Positions 28,795 to 38,963 of a stretch of 64,000 nucleotides of DNA are shown piece after piece. The notes beneath the pieces are model-generated. The model was given only the letters and a program-made list of their open reading frames with translations, did no database searches and was not told the origin of the DNA. A program made the translations under genes and the position numbers. The stretch lies in sequence record DRR723986_21710. One strand, written 5' to 3'. Position 1 is the first letter of the stretch. The number at the start of each line of letters is the position of its first letter.

Positions 28795-29676
28795 TTATGA
28801 TGCTGATTTGCTAGTCATGGCAAGCTTTCTTCGCTTTTTCAACTCATATTCCTCGATATCTTCAAAGCGGGAATCTACATCCAGATTATTCAGATAGTCG
28901 TTGATAGTTTCCCGGATTTCCTGAAAAGACATATTATGCAGGATTTTTCCATTTTTTGACATGGATAACTGACCAGTTTCTTCTGAGACAATTAAAACAA
29001 TCGCATCAGTGGTCTCGGACATGCCTATAGCCGCGCGGTGCCGAAGCCCAAATTGTGCTGGAACTTCACGCTCTGTAACGGGCAGGATGCAGCGAGCGGC
29101 TTTGATTTTGCCGTTGTGTATGATTACAGCCCCATCATGAAGAGGGCTATATTTATTGAAAATAGAAATGAGAAGTCTTTTGGATAATTCTGCGTCCAGA
29201 ATATCGCCGCTTTCAGCATAGAATTTCAATTCAGTACTTTTGGAGATGACCATCAATGCACCAGTATTACTACCCGCAAGAGTTTTGGAAGCATCTATGA
29301 TTGGACTGATATTGAAAAGTGAATTGTCTTTTTTCCGCCAGAAGAACAGCATGTCTTTCCATACATTATCGTCGGAAAGGAGTGAGGATCTACCTATTAA
29401 TAGCAGGAATTTTCTGATTTCTGGTGCAAAAATAATAATAGCAGCGATTACACCAACTCCCATGAACTGACCCAAGATGGCAGAAAGAAGCTCCATCCTC
29501 AGTGCTCTCACCAATAAATAAATCAGATAAATGGAGAGGAAGCCAAGAAATATTTTGATTGCAACGCTTCCCTTAAGAAGTTTATAAACTTGATATAATA
29601 AGGCGGCCACCAATGCAATATCAATGATATTAACGATGGAGATATCTAAAAATCCTATTTTGAAAAGTAAGGTCAA
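28795..29676 (-). CDS. cdaA: Diadenylate cyclase (c-di-AMP synthase), 3 TM + DAC domain
   Basis: SPLHDGA, GLRHRAA, VSEETG; start overlaps the folP stop. Confidence 0.93.
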   Translation of the reverse strand: MTLLFKIGFLDISIVNIIDIALVAALLYQVYKLLKGSVAIKIFLGFLSIYLIYLLVRALRMELLSAILGQFMGVGVIAAIIIFAPEIRKFLLLIGRSSLLSDDNVWKDMLFFWRKKDNSLFNISPIIDASKTLAGSNTGALMVISKSTELKFYAESGDILDAELSKRLLISIFNKYSPLHDGAVIIHNGKIKAARCILPVTEREVPAQFGLRHRAAIGMSETTDAIVLIVSEETGQLSMSKNGKILHNMSFQEIRETINDYLNNLDVDSRFEDIEEYELKKRRKLAMTSKSAS

Positions 29677-30557
29677 GGGTATAAAGTGTTGAATAATTTT
29701 ACTGTTTCGTTAGCTTCTTTAACGTCATGTACTCTTAGTATGTTTGCACCATGACATAAAGCAAACATATTTAAAGCAGTGGTGCCATTTAATGCTTCAC
29801 TAGCTTCTACATTTAATGCTTTTGATATCATCGATTTTCTCGAAACACCTACCATTAAAGGTGATGAAAGCGATTGAAACTGGTGAAGATTTTGGAGCAG
29901 ATAATAATTTTGTTCTAGGGTTTTAGCAAATCCAAATCCAGGATCAATTATTACATCTTTGATGCCAAACTTTTTGAATTGTTCCAGTTTTTCAGCGAAA
30001 TAATACAATATTTCTCCTAAAATATCTGAATAATTCGTTTTTTTCTGCATGTTTTGAGGATTTCCTCGCATATGCATGGCGATGTATGGTACTTGAAGCT
30101 TCGCAACGGTCTGGATCATATCTTTATCTAGTTCTCCCGCAGAAATATCGTTTATGATATGAGCTCCTGAGTATTTTGACTCCTCCGCCACTTTTGCCCG
30201 AAAGGTATCAACTGATATTAAAATATCAGGATAATTGAATGAAATCCATTTCACAGCTGGAATCACTCTGTCAAGTTCTTCTTGGAGACTTACTTCTGCA
30301 GCACCTGGTCTCGAGCTATAACCCCCTAGGTCCAGAATACTAGCACCATATGAGATATGAGATTTAACTAATTTGGCTACCTTCTCCAGAGATTTTTCTG
30401 CTCTGCTTCCTTCGAAAAACGAATCTGGGGTTAGATTGACTATGCCCATCAGCTGTGGCCTATCCCAACTGATTAGCCGTCCCTCTATTTGAAGGGTGTT
30501 TTTTTGGGGAAATGATTTATCTTCGATTTTAGAAGACTTGCCCGGTAGAGGAAACAT
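29673..30557 (-). CDS. folP: Dihydropteroate synthase
   Basis: MGIVNLTPDSF, SSRPGA, ISVDT, INDIS, IDPGFGFAK, GVSRKS, LRVHDV; exact start uncertain. Confidence 0.96.
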   Translation of the reverse strand: MFPLPGKSSKIEDKSFPQKNTLQIEGRLISWDRPQLMGIVNLTPDSFFEGSRAEKSLEKVAKLVKSHISYGASILDLGGYSSRPGAAEVSLQEELDRVIPAVKWISFNYPDILISVDTFRAKVAEESKYSGAHIINDISAGELDKDMIQTVAKLQVPYIAMHMRGNPQNMQKKTNYSDILGEILYYFAEKLEQFKKFGIKDVIIDPGFGFAKTLEQNYYLLQNLHQFQSLSSPLMVGVSRKSMISKALNVEASEALNGTTALNMFALCHGANILRVHDVKEANETVKLFNTLYP

Positions 30558-30571
30558 TAAATTAAAAGACT

Positions 30572-31117
30572 TTGGAGACGCAAACGAGTAACGAATATAC
30601 GGAAGTTATCAGCCGTTGTAAAGAACTATTTCGTAAGAAGACTATAGATTATGGTACAGCTTGGAGGATTTTTCGCTTACCTTCTATTACAGATCAGATT
30701 TTTATAAAAGCACAAAGAATTCGCTCGATTCAAGAAAAAGGAAATCAAAAGGTGAATGATCCGATTGAAGATGATTTTGTCGGAATTATAAATTATTGTC
30801 TGATTGCTTTGCTTCAGATAAGTTATCTAAAAGACGAGCGAATGGAGATTCCTTTCGAGGAATTAGAGCCTGCTTATGATCACTGGGTAAGTCAAACACG
30901 CGGTCTTTTGGAGAATAAGAACCATGATTACGGGGAGGCTTGGCGTGATATGCGGATTAGCTCAATTACAGATATTATATTAATGAAATTACTTCGAACC
31001 AAACAGATAGAGGATAATCAAGGTCAAACTTTGGTGTCTGAAGGTATTGAAGCTAACTATCAGGATATGATCAATTATGCAGTGTTTTGTTTGATTAAAT
31101 TAAATTACCATGGTTAA
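30572..31117 (+). CDS. DUF1599 (nucleotide modification associated domain 1) tandem-domain protein
   Basis: Internal duplication: KKTIDYGTAWR...IINY and KNHDYGEAWR...DMINY; TTG start. Confidence 0.85.
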   Translation: METQTSNEYTEVISRCKELFRKKTIDYGTAWRIFRLPSITDQIFIKAQRIRSIQEKGNQKVNDPIEDDFVGIINYCLIALLQISYLKDERMEIPFEELEPAYDHWVSQTRGLLENKNHDYGEAWRDMRISSITDIILMKLLRTKQIEDNQGQTLVSEGIEANYQDMINYAVFCLIKLNYHG

Positions 31118-32210
31118 GCAAGGGTTTTTATGGGTTATTCGATTTATTGTAGGAGGCCTTTTTATTTTTTCCGGGCTGATTAAAGTCAATGATCCGGTTG
31201 GAACTTCTATTAAACTCGAAGAGTATTTTGATGTTTTCTCCAATGATATAGCTGTTTTTTTTGAATACCTAAAACCTATTGCTTTGGAGTTGGGGATTTT
31301 TTTAGTGGTGTTAGAAGTGGTGTTAGGAATTATGCTGATCCTTGGAGTTCGAACAAAATTCACCGTCTGGGCGCTGTCACTGATGATTTTGTTTTTCACT
31401 TTTCTCACCTTTTACTCCGCCTATTTTAATAAAGTGACAGACTGTGGATGCTTTGGTGATGCTATTAAACTCACTCCCTGGGAATCTTTTTATAAGGACT
31501 TAATACTAGTTGTACTGATCGGGATTTTATTTTTGTTCAAGGATGATTTACCAAAAAGTTCTCCAAAGTGGGCAAAAGTTGTGACCATGTCTGCCTTAAT
31601 TTTATGCTTTGTACTTGCAATTACAGCTGTTAGAAATTTGCCTTTTATAGATTTTAGAGCTTATAAAGTGGGAGTAAATATCCCTCAAAATATGCAGCCT
31701 TCAGCTACGCTAGAATATTCATATGTTATGAAAAAAAATGGTGAGCTCGTTACATTCGACCAATATCCTTCAGATGAAAGCCTGGAATTTGTAGAGATGA
31801 ATTTGAAAAACCCAGATGCTTTACCAAAGATTTCAGACTTTGCAGTTTGGAACGATGAAGGTGATTTTTCTGAAGAAGTTTTCACTGGAAACAAAGTTTT
31901 GATCCTAGTAAGCAGCATGGCCAAAATGAGTGATGCGAATTTACCAGAGATTGATCAATTAGTGAAATCCCTCGCAGGATCACCCGTTCAGCTCGTTTTT
32001 GTAGCAGCAGCCTCTCAGGATGAAATTCAGAATTTCACTTCCTCTAGAGCTTGGGATGTACTTTCATTACAAGCTGATGCTACTGTAGTGAAAACCATGA
32101 TTAGATCCAATCCAGGGGTTATGGTTTTAAAAGATGGTGAAGTGTTGGCAAAATTTCATCATAATAATACTCCAGATGCCAGTGAGGTGCTAGATCTATT
32201 TATGAAGTGA
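31110..32210 (+). CDS. BT_3928-like DoxX/MauE membrane protein with periplasmic thioredoxin-like domain
   Basis: FIFSGLIKVNDP, DCGCFGDA, DFRAYKVG, IRSNPG. Confidence 0.85.
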   Translation: MVKQGFLWVIRFIVGGLFIFSGLIKVNDPVGTSIKLEEYFDVFSNDIAVFFEYLKPIALELGIFLVVLEVVLGIMLILGVRTKFTVWALSLMILFFTFLTFYSAYFNKVTDCGCFGDAIKLTPWESFYKDLILVVLIGILFLFKDDLPKSSPKWAKVVTMSALILCFVLAITAVRNLPFIDFRAYKVGVNIPQNMQPSATLEYSYVMKKNGELVTFDQYPSDESLEFVEMNLKNPDALPKISDFAVWNDEGDFSEEVFTGNKVLILVSSMAKMSDANLPEIDQLVKSLAGSPVQLVFVAAASQDEIQNFTSSRAWDVLSLQADATVVKTMIRSNPGVMVLKDGEVLAKFHHNNTPDASEVLDLFMK

Positions 32211-32743
32211 AAATGGGCAAAGATCTTAAAATAGTTTTAGTTGGACTTCCTGGATCGGGCAAAAGTACATTTGGAAAGCAACTTGCTTCTGTATTGAAAT
32301 TCCCTTATTATGATTTGGATACATTGATAGAAGCAAGGTCACAAATGAGTATTTCTGACATCTTCTCTAGGTTTGGAGAAGGAGAGTTTAGAAGACAGGA
32401 AACTGAAGTTTTAGGAAATTTTTTAAATAGAGAGGAATCCTATGTTCTAGCTTCCGGTGGTGGATGTCCTTGTTTTAATGATAACATGGATCTGATTAAT
32501 GAGAAATCAGTATCTGTATACCTTGATGTACCCTTAGAAGAAATATCTAAAAGATTAGGCTTAGCCAAAGCTCAAAATAGGCCAATGTTCTCTGGTATGG
32601 ATCAAAGTGAAATCACGTTGAAGCTGAAAAGTTTGCTAGTGGAAAGAGATTATTTCTATCGCCAATCAAAAATAAAGCTCAGCGGAGAAGATTTCTCCGC
32701 TGAGCTTTTGGTTTCAGAATTGATTCGATTGCTTAAAAGCTGA
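32207..32743 (+). CDS. aroK: Shikimate kinase
   Basis: GLPGSGKST, DLD, GEGEFR, ASGGGCP, RPM. Confidence 0.9.
   Translation: MKMGKDLKIVLVGLPGSGKSTFGKQLASVLKFPYYDLDTLIEARSQMSISDIFSRFGEGEFRRQETEVLGNFLNREESYVLASGGGCPCFNDNMDLINEKSVSVYLDVPLEEISKRLGLAKAQNRPMFSGMDQSEITLKLKSLLVERDYFYRQSKIKLSGEDFSAELLVSELIRLLKS
32674..32708. terminator. 16-bp perfect hairpin inside the aroK 3' coding region; probable terminator of the convergent fadL-like gene
   Basis: AAAGCTCAGCGGAGAA-GAT-TTCTCCGCTGAGCTTT. Confidence 0.75.
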
Positions 32744-34238
32744 GGCCAAGCGTTAGAACTCCATTAATGAGATTATTTTTGATTTCTGTAATTGGCCCGA
32801 TATTATTCCCTTGATTATCTAAGACCTGATAGCTCGAATAAAGAGTGTTGAATTTTTGATTCACTAAAGCAAAATCAAGATTCAATCTATTAATTTTCAT
32901 TCCTATTCCTCCACTAATCTGTTGGGTACTTCTATCGTAATCTGACCCTAGAATAGGATCACCATAATATCCATACCCTCCTCTAAATCTGAAATTACTT
33001 GCTTTGAACTCTGCTCCAAATCTGAAGTTGATTGTGCTGGTGTAGAGGTTTTGGATTTCTAAATTATCAGGCCCCTCGTCAAAATCTCTTGAATTGAGTC
33101 TGGCTGCACTGTAATCAACCCAATCAACATCAGCTGAAATAAATCCATTTTTCCCCAAGAAAACTGTAGCTCCACCACCTATTTTAAATGGAGTATTCAA
33201 GTTATAGGAACTGACAATTATATCGGTAAAATCCTCTACACGTCCAAGAACAATGTCTTCTGGCTCATAATTGTAATTATCATAATTAGCGACCATACTT
33301 GCGCTGTATTCATCATTTAAGGCATACCAGGTAGGGGTCTGTAAAGTAAAACCTAGGTTTAGATAATCGATTGGCTTATAAATGACACCTAAATTAATAT
33401 TTACGCCTCCACCATTGATGTAAAGATTTTCTTGAAGGTTGGTGTTAAGCAGAGGGCCTTCTGGAAATTCCTCATTATAGATCTTTCTGGAATTAAAATT
33501 TAATGTTCTTATCCCTACAGACCCGCCAATGAATAATTTATAGTTGAAATTGCCTCCATAAGCGAAGGTGATCTGACTGGAACTCCCTTCTTGAGTGATA
33601 TTTTCATCTTGAAAGGGAGCAATGAAACCATTAATTGGCTCATATTCTCCTACGATGGCATTTCCATTACTATCTAGCCTTGGATTAATTTGATAGGTGT
33701 TATAAGCCATACCTGTCACACCAAAATTGGCAACTTGATTTTCAGGAAATCCATTAGCATCCTGAAGATAGAAATCAATAATGGAGGTTTCGCCTGGCTG
33801 GTCAGAAAAAAAGCCGTACTCGGTATTAAAATTGGCTATTTTTTGAATGCTTATTCCAAATGACCCACCTTTGAATGCTCCTCTGTCAAATTCACTTTTA
33901 GGTTTTGCTATAACAAAACTTAAATTCGGCAAGGAAAAATTTGTTGTATTATAATTTCTGTTTTGACCTAAGTGAGTTGTCTCTACTCCCCAATCTGCGT
34001 AGCCTACGGAGAGACTACCTTCAGAAGATCTGAAGAAGCCGAGGCCTGCAGGATTACCTGCAATGTTGGAAACATCACCACCAAGTGACCATTGAGTTCC
34101 GCCAACTCCCATTATTCTGGCTGTACCAGCGGGTTTAACTAGACTAAATCTGTAAGCATCTTCATAGTATCCACTTTGAGCTACAGCTAAAGAGGACGAA
34201 ATAAGGCAAAAGGATAAAACCAGAATGGATATTCTCAT
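32733..34238 (-). CDS. OmpP1/FadL-family outer-membrane beta-barrel
   Basis: Signal peptide, GTARIMGVGG...LGGD...NPAGLG hatch motif, C-terminal LGLSF. Confidence 0.85.
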   Translation of the reverse strand: MRISILVLSFCLISSSLAVAQSGYYEDAYRFSLVKPAGTARIMGVGGTQWSLGGDVSNIAGNPAGLGFFRSSEGSLSVGYADWGVETTHLGQNRNYNTTNFSLPNLSFVIAKPKSEFDRGAFKGGSFGISIQKIANFNTEYGFFSDQPGETSIIDFYLQDANGFPENQVANFGVTGMAYNTYQINPRLDSNGNAIVGEYEPINGFIAPFQDENITQEGSSSQITFAYGGNFNYKLFIGGSVGIRTLNFNSRKIYNEEFPEGPLLNTNLQENLYINGGGVNINLGVIYKPIDYLNLGFTLQTPTWYALNDEYSASMVANYDNYNYEPEDIVLGRVEDFTDIIVSSYNLNTPFKIGGGATVFLGKNGFISADVDWVDYSAARLNSRDFDEGPDNLEIQNLYTSTINFRFGAEFKASNFRFRGGYGYYGDPILGSDYDRSTQQISGGIGMKINRLNLDFALVNQKFNTLYSSYQVLDNQGNNIGPITEIKNNLINGVLTLGLSF

Positions 34239-34362
34239 TTAGATTTGATTTGGGTGTAAGAAATAAACGTAATAAGTAGATGAAAATGTTACTATATCTT
34301 TATTCTTTCTTCAAAATTACTCATTAACACAAAGATTTTTGAGTAAGCCAATAATTGGTTAG

Positions 34363-34394
34363 AAAAAAATAAGGCAGTGATTACACTGCCCTAT
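34363..34394 (-). terminator. Terminator between the low-complexity lipoprotein and fadL-like gene
   Basis: A-run then GGCAGTG-ATTA-CACTGCC. Confidence 0.7.
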
Positions 34395-34417
34395 GATTGG
34401 TAAATACTTATAGTTTT

Positions 34418-35755
34418 TTAATTTCCTCTACCACCTCGGCTTGAACTTCCGCCGCTTGTACTTCTGGTAGTAGCACCTCCAGTTGAGCCAGAACTTCTAG
34501 TTGGTGAACTCATAGTAGGCATACTGCTTCTTGATGGTGTTACAGTTCTAGTAGGCGTAACGGTTCTAGTATTTGTAGTACCTCTATTAAAAGATGGAGA
34601 CGAGGTTCTTGACGGAACATTACTTCTATTATAAGAAGGACTAGTAGATCTTGTAGAAGAATTTGGATATGTAGTTCTTACAGATGATCCACTTCTGCCC
34701 GTGTTGATCGAACGTGAATTGCTCGTTCCAATACTTGGTCTTGCTGATGGCATAGCACTTCTCGTTCTAGAGACGGGTCTATTCATTGCGGCAGAATTAA
34801 CATTTCTAGTGCTTCCTTCACGTGCCGATGAATTATAGTAATCGTTTTGTGAGGAACTGAAATCCCGTGCAGAAACTCTTGAATTATCTGAATTAGAAAT
34901 TACTCTTCTTGAAGAAGCATTATTATTTAAAACATCTCTTCTAGCTTGTGCTCTTGCTGTGCTTGGTTGTAAAGCAGCGTTGGAAACTCCAGCAATTCTG
35001 GAAGATGCAGCTAGAGATGAACCACGGGTGCCTCGAGATCCTCTTACTACACGTCTATCTCCGTATTCTCCGCCAGGAAGCACATAGATTGGGTTTCCTG
35101 GATACATTGGAATTCCATAGATAGGATATCCAAAACCACCCATTCCGTACATTGGCATTCCCCATGGACTCCATGGATCATAAAACCCACCATAACCAAA
35201 TCCTGGTCTCATGTAAGGGTTACCAAATCCAAATCCGAAACCAATATTCATGCTAAAACCAGGTCTGAAACCAAAGCCCATATATGGATTATAGAAACTG
35301 CCCATGCTCCATGGATTCATTCCATACATCATACCCATTCCCATGTTCAATCCCATATTAAAAGCTGTATTGGAATTGAAATTTGAGCCAGTATTATTAA
35401 CTCGGTAATTATCGTAAGCATTAATATCTGCTTCTCCTGTTTCTTCACTTCCTTCGTCAAAATAGACTATATCATCATCTGAAGATAGATCTTCGGATTG
35501 ATACCTGGCAATGTAATCAGGATTAACATTTCTCGAACTAAAGCTTTCCTGAGGAACTGCTTCCGTAGATGAGAGTGTCTGGAATTGCTCGCGATTATTG
35601 TTTTGCACCGCATACTCAGTTGCTATTTTAGCATCAGAGGCCATGAAATACAAATTATCACCACCATCACTTGTAGCTAGTTTATTAGTGCTACAGGAGA
35701 CGAGTGAAAGCGATCCTAAGATTAATGATGTTGTAAGTATTACGGAATTCTTCAT
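34418..35755 (-). CDS. Lipoprotein with G/M/F/Y/P-rich and R/S/T-rich low-complexity regions
   Basis: Lipobox LVSC, DNLYF, acidic segment, GFGFGFGNPY-type segment, S/R-rich tail ending GGRGN. Confidence 0.75.
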   Translation of the reverse strand: MKNSVILTTSLILGSLSLVSCSTNKLATSDGGDNLYFMASDAKIATEYAVQNNNREQFQTLSSTEAVPQESFSSRNVNPDYIARYQSEDLSSDDDIVYFDEGSEETGEADINAYDNYRVNNTGSNFNSNTAFNMGLNMGMGMMYGMNPWSMGSFYNPYMGFGFRPGFSMNIGFGFGFGNPYMRPGFGYGGFYDPWSPWGMPMYGMGGFGYPIYGIPMYPGNPIYVLPGGEYGDRRVVRGSRGTRGSSLAASSRIAGVSNAALQPSTARAQARRDVLNNNASSRRVISNSDNSRVSARDFSSSQNDYYNSSAREGSTRNVNSAAMNRPVSRTRSAMPSARPSIGTSNSRSINTGRSGSSVRTTYPNSSTRSTSPSYNRSNVPSRTSSPSFNRGTTNTRTVTPTRTVTPSRSSMPTMSSPTRSSGSTGGATTRSTSGGSSSRGGRGN

Positions 35756-35818
35756 AGTAGAAGTTTAATTGTTACTTTCTTATACGGGCACCTGGGTGAA
35801 GGGTTATACTTTTTACTT

Positions 35819-35850
35819 TATATTTGCCCCGCATAAGTTAAGCAAATTTA
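35819..35850. promoter_or_regulatory. Face-to-face -7 boxes for proS (+) and the lipoprotein gene (-)
   Basis: TATATTTG (+, 35819-35826) and TAAATTTG (-, 35850-35843). Confidence 0.55.
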
Positions 35851-35878
35851 ACTATAATCTGTATCTCAACCAATCACA

Positions 35879-37360
35879 ATGAGTAAAGGACTACCTAAGA
35901 GAAGCGAGGATTATTCGCTTTGGTATAATGAATTAGTAAAAAAAGCCGATTTGGCAGAGAATTCAGCAGTACGTGGATGCATGGTCATCAAACCCTACGG
36001 CTATTCTATTTGGGAGAAAATGCAGGCTGAACTCGATCGCATGTTCAAGGAGACAGGTCATTTAAACGCTTATTTTCCCCTTTTCATACCAAAATCATTT
36101 TTAAGCAAAGAAGCAAGTCATGTTGAAGGCTTTGCAAAAGAATGTGCAGTAGTCACTCACTATAGACTAAAAAATGCTGAAGATGGTAGCGGTGTAATTG
36201 TTGATCCAGAAGCAAAACTGGACGAGGAATTAATTGTTCGTCCTACCTCAGAGACTGTTATTTGGAGTACATATAAGAATTGGGTTCAGTCTTACCGAGA
36301 CCTTCCATTATTAGTAAATCAATGGGCGAATGTTGTTCGTTGGGAAATGAGAACTAGACTATTCTTAAGGACTACTGAGTTCCTTTGGCAAGAAGGTCAT
36401 ACCGCGCACGCAACTAAAAAGGAAGCTGAAGCAGAAACTTTGCAAATGATGAATGTCTACGCTCAGTTCGCCGAAGACTTTATGGCTTTGCCAGTAGTAA
36501 GAGGAAGAAAAACAGAAACTGAACGTTTTGCAGGTGCAGATGATACTTTATGTATTGAAGCATTGATGCAGGATGGCAAAGCGCTTCAGGCAGGTACGTC
36601 ACATTTCTTAGGACAGAATTTCGCCAAAGCATTTGATGTCAAATTCGCTTCTAAAGAAGGTGGTCTGGAATATGTATGGGGTACTTCTTGGGGTGTCAGT
36701 ACACGATTGATGGGAGCATTGATCATGGCTCACTCAGATGATAATGGATTAGTATTGCCTCCGAAATTGGCTCCAATACAAGTCGTAATTATACCGATCT
36801 ACAGAAAAGAGGAAGAGTTTGATGCGATAACTGAAAAGGCAAATGAAATCATGGCAGAGCTTCGCAAAGCTGGGGTTTCTGTCAAATATGACAATCGTGA
36901 TACCCATAAGCCAGGATTCAAATTTGCAGAGCATGAATTGAAAGGTGTTCCGCTTAGAATTGCAATCGGCCCTAGAGATTTGGAAAATGGTACCATTGAA
37001 ATTGCCAGAAGAGATACGTTAACAAAGGAGCAATTTGAATTGGCATCTCAGCCAATCTCAGGGAAAATTTCTAGCATGCTTGAGGAAATTCAGGCTACGA
37101 TTTATTCTAAGGCTTTAAATTTCAGATCTGAAATGACTACAGAAGTTAATTCTTGGGATGAGTTTAAATCTGTATTAGAGGAGAAAACAGGATTCTTATC
37201 TGCTCATTGGGATGGTACTGCTGAGACAGAAGAGAAAATCAAGGATCTCACTAAAGCCACGATTAGATGTATTCCTTTGGACAGGAAAGAGGAGGAGGGA
37301 GTTTGTGTCTATTCAGGCAAGCCTTCTAAAGGAAGAGTCCTCTTTGCAAAAGCATATTGA
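35879..37360 (+). CDS. proS: Proline--tRNA ligase (archaeal/eukaryote-type)
   Basis: [43 protein letters not shown]-terminal AKAY. Confidence 0.98.
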   Translation: MSKGLPKRSEDYSLWYNELVKKADLAENSAVRGCMVIKPYGYSIWEKMQAELDRMFKETGHLNAYFPLFIPKSFLSKEASHVEGFAKECAVVTHYRLKNAEDGSGVIVDPEAKLDEELIVRPTSETVIWSTYKNWVQSYRDLPLLVNQWANVVRWEMRTRLFLRTTEFLWQEGHTAHATKKEAEAETLQMMNVYAQFAEDFMALPVVRGRKTETERFAGADDTLCIEALMQDGKALQAGTSHFLGQNFAKAFDVKFASKEGGLEYVWGTSWGVSTRLMGALIMAHSDDNGLVLPPKLAPIQVVIIPIYRKEEEFDAITEKANEIMAELRKAGVSVKYDNRDTHKPGFKFAEHELKGVPLRIAIGPRDLENGTIEIARRDTLTKEQFELASQPISGKISSMLEEIQATIYSKALNFRSEMTTEVNSWDEFKSVLEEKTGFLSAHWDGTAETEEKIKDLTKATIRCIPLDRKEEEGVCVYSGKPSKGRVLFAKAY

Positions 37361-37363
37361 TTT

Positions 37364-37392
37364 AAGAGCCCGGATTTATCCGGGCTTTTTTT
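37364..37392 (+). terminator. Rho-independent terminator after proS
   Basis: AGCCCGGAT-TT-ATCCGGGCT followed by T-run. Confidence 0.85.
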
Positions 37393-37458
37393 GTACTTCT
37401 TAATGAGTGGTAACTAGGAATCTTGTATTTTACACATCTATTCATTTATACCTAGTCA

Positions 37459-37917
37459 ATGACAGTCGTCGTTTTATCAAGCCTTTTATTCATTGGCCTT
37501 ATACTATTATTAGCTGAGGTGCTTTTTGTTCCTGGAACTACTGTAGTTGGGATTTTTGGCCTCGCGGTAAGTTTGGCTGGAGTTGCTTATGCATTCTTGA
37601 GTTTTGATCCGGCTATTGCATGGTGGATTACGGCTGTCGCCGTTATTTTAAATCTTGCAGCTATCGTCTATGGTTTCAGTTCAGGGGTTTGGGATCGCTT
37701 CTCTCTTAAGTCTGCAATCACAGGAGGAGCATTTGATGGGCGAACAGATAACTTACAGGTAGGAATGCAGGGTAAAACCACTTCAGATCTAAAACCAATC
37801 GGAAAAGCTAGTTTTGGGGACGAAGTGTATGAGGTGAAGTCAGAAAATGGTTTTATTCCAGTGGAATCAACCGTGACAATTATGAAAATCGAAAACAATA
37901 CAATTTTAGTTAAATAA
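37459..37917 (+). CDS. NfeD-family membrane protein (short form)
   Basis: [10 protein letters not shown] segments and C-terminal OB fold (SDLKPIGKA); adjacent to floA. Confidence 0.85.
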   Translation: MTVVVLSSLLFIGLILLLAEVLFVPGTTVVGIFGLAVSLAGVAYAFLSFDPAIAWWITAVAVILNLAAIVYGFSSGVWDRFSLKSAITGGAFDGRTDNLQVGMQGKTTSDLKPIGKASFGDEVYEVKSENGFIPVESTVTIMKIENNTILVK

Positions 37918-37918
37918 T

Positions 37919-38938
37919 ATGGAGGCACTAGACCCATCAAGTTCAATGTTTATTCTCGTGGCAGCAGTAGCGGGAATCGTCTTACTATTCATCTTCTTAT
38001 ATTTTGTGCCTGTAAATCTTTGGATTACAGCTCAATTTTCTAATGTAAGAGTAGGAATAGGTGAGTTAATAGGGATGAGAATCCGAAAAGTACCACCTAG
38101 TATTATCGTAAATTCCCTGATCACTGCCACTAAAGCGGGATTACAATTGACTACAAATGACCTGGAAACGCACTACATGGCTGGAGGTAATATACCAAAC
38201 GTAATTAGAGCCCTGATTTCAGCAGATAAAGCAAATATCAATTTGACCTTCAAGCAGGCGACTGCGATTGATCTGGCCGGTAGAGATGTTTTTGAAGCTG
38301 TTCAGATCTCGGTAAACCCAAAGGTGATCAATACTCCTAATGTAGCCGCAGTGGCTGCTGATGGGATTCAATTGATCGCAAAAGCCAGAGTAACTGTGCG
38401 TGCAAATATTGCTCAGTTGGTAGGTGGAGCCGGTGAAGAAACGATTCTTGCCAGAGTAGGAGAGGGTATTGTAACTTCTATCGGTTCGGCTGCTACACAC
38501 AAGAGTGTCCTGGAAAATCCCGACAAAATATCCAAGCTCGTTCTTCAGAGAGGATTGGACGCAGGAACAGCTTTCGAGATTCTTTCGATTGATATCGCTG
38601 ATATCGATGTAGGAACAAACATTGGTGCGAAATTACAAATAGATCAGGCATCAGCTGATTTGAAAGTAGCTGAGGCAAGAGCAGAAGAGAGACGTGCTAT
38701 GGCGGTAGCTCTAGAGCAGGAGATGAAAGCTAGAAACGTGGAAATGAGAGCGAAAGTGGTAGAAGCTGAAGCTGAAGTTCCAAAAGCTTTAGCAGAAGCT
38801 TTCCGAAGTGGGAGACTTGGTGTGATGGACTATTATAAAATGGAAAATATCCAGTCGGACACATCTATGAGGGAATCCATAGCCAACTCGGATTCTGAAT
38901 CGAAAGATTCTACCAAAGGCAAAAACGAGAAAAAATAA
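37919..38938 (+). CDS. floA: Flotillin-like protein FloA (YqfA)
   Basis: [60 protein letters not shown]. Confidence 0.93.
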   Translation: MEALDPSSSMFILVAAVAGIVLLFIFLYFVPVNLWITAQFSNVRVGIGELIGMRIRKVPPSIIVNSLITATKAGLQLTTNDLETHYMAGGNIPNVIRALISADKANINLTFKQATAIDLAGRDVFEAVQISVNPKVINTPNVAAVAADGIQLIAKARVTVRANIAQLVGGAGEETILARVGEGIVTSIGSAATHKSVLENPDKISKLVLQRGLDAGTAFEILSIDIADIDVGTNIGAKLQIDQASADLKVAEARAEERRAMAVALEQEMKARNVEMRAKVVEAEAEVPKALAEAFRSGRLGVMDYYKMENIQSDTSMRESIANSDSESKDSTKGKNEKK

Positions 38939-38963
38939 AAAAAGGGGCTTAGGCCCCTTTTTT
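38938..38963. terminator. Bidirectional terminator between floA and the WG-repeat gene
   Basis: AAAAAAGGGGC-TTAG-GCCCCTTTTTT; right arm encodes KKGA* of the WG protein. Confidence 0.85.

Noticed and set aside
28795-29676. Diadenylate cyclase as a CBASS-like signalling partner of the TIR protein
   Set aside because: It is the housekeeping membrane CdaA in the folP-cdaA context, 27 kb from the island
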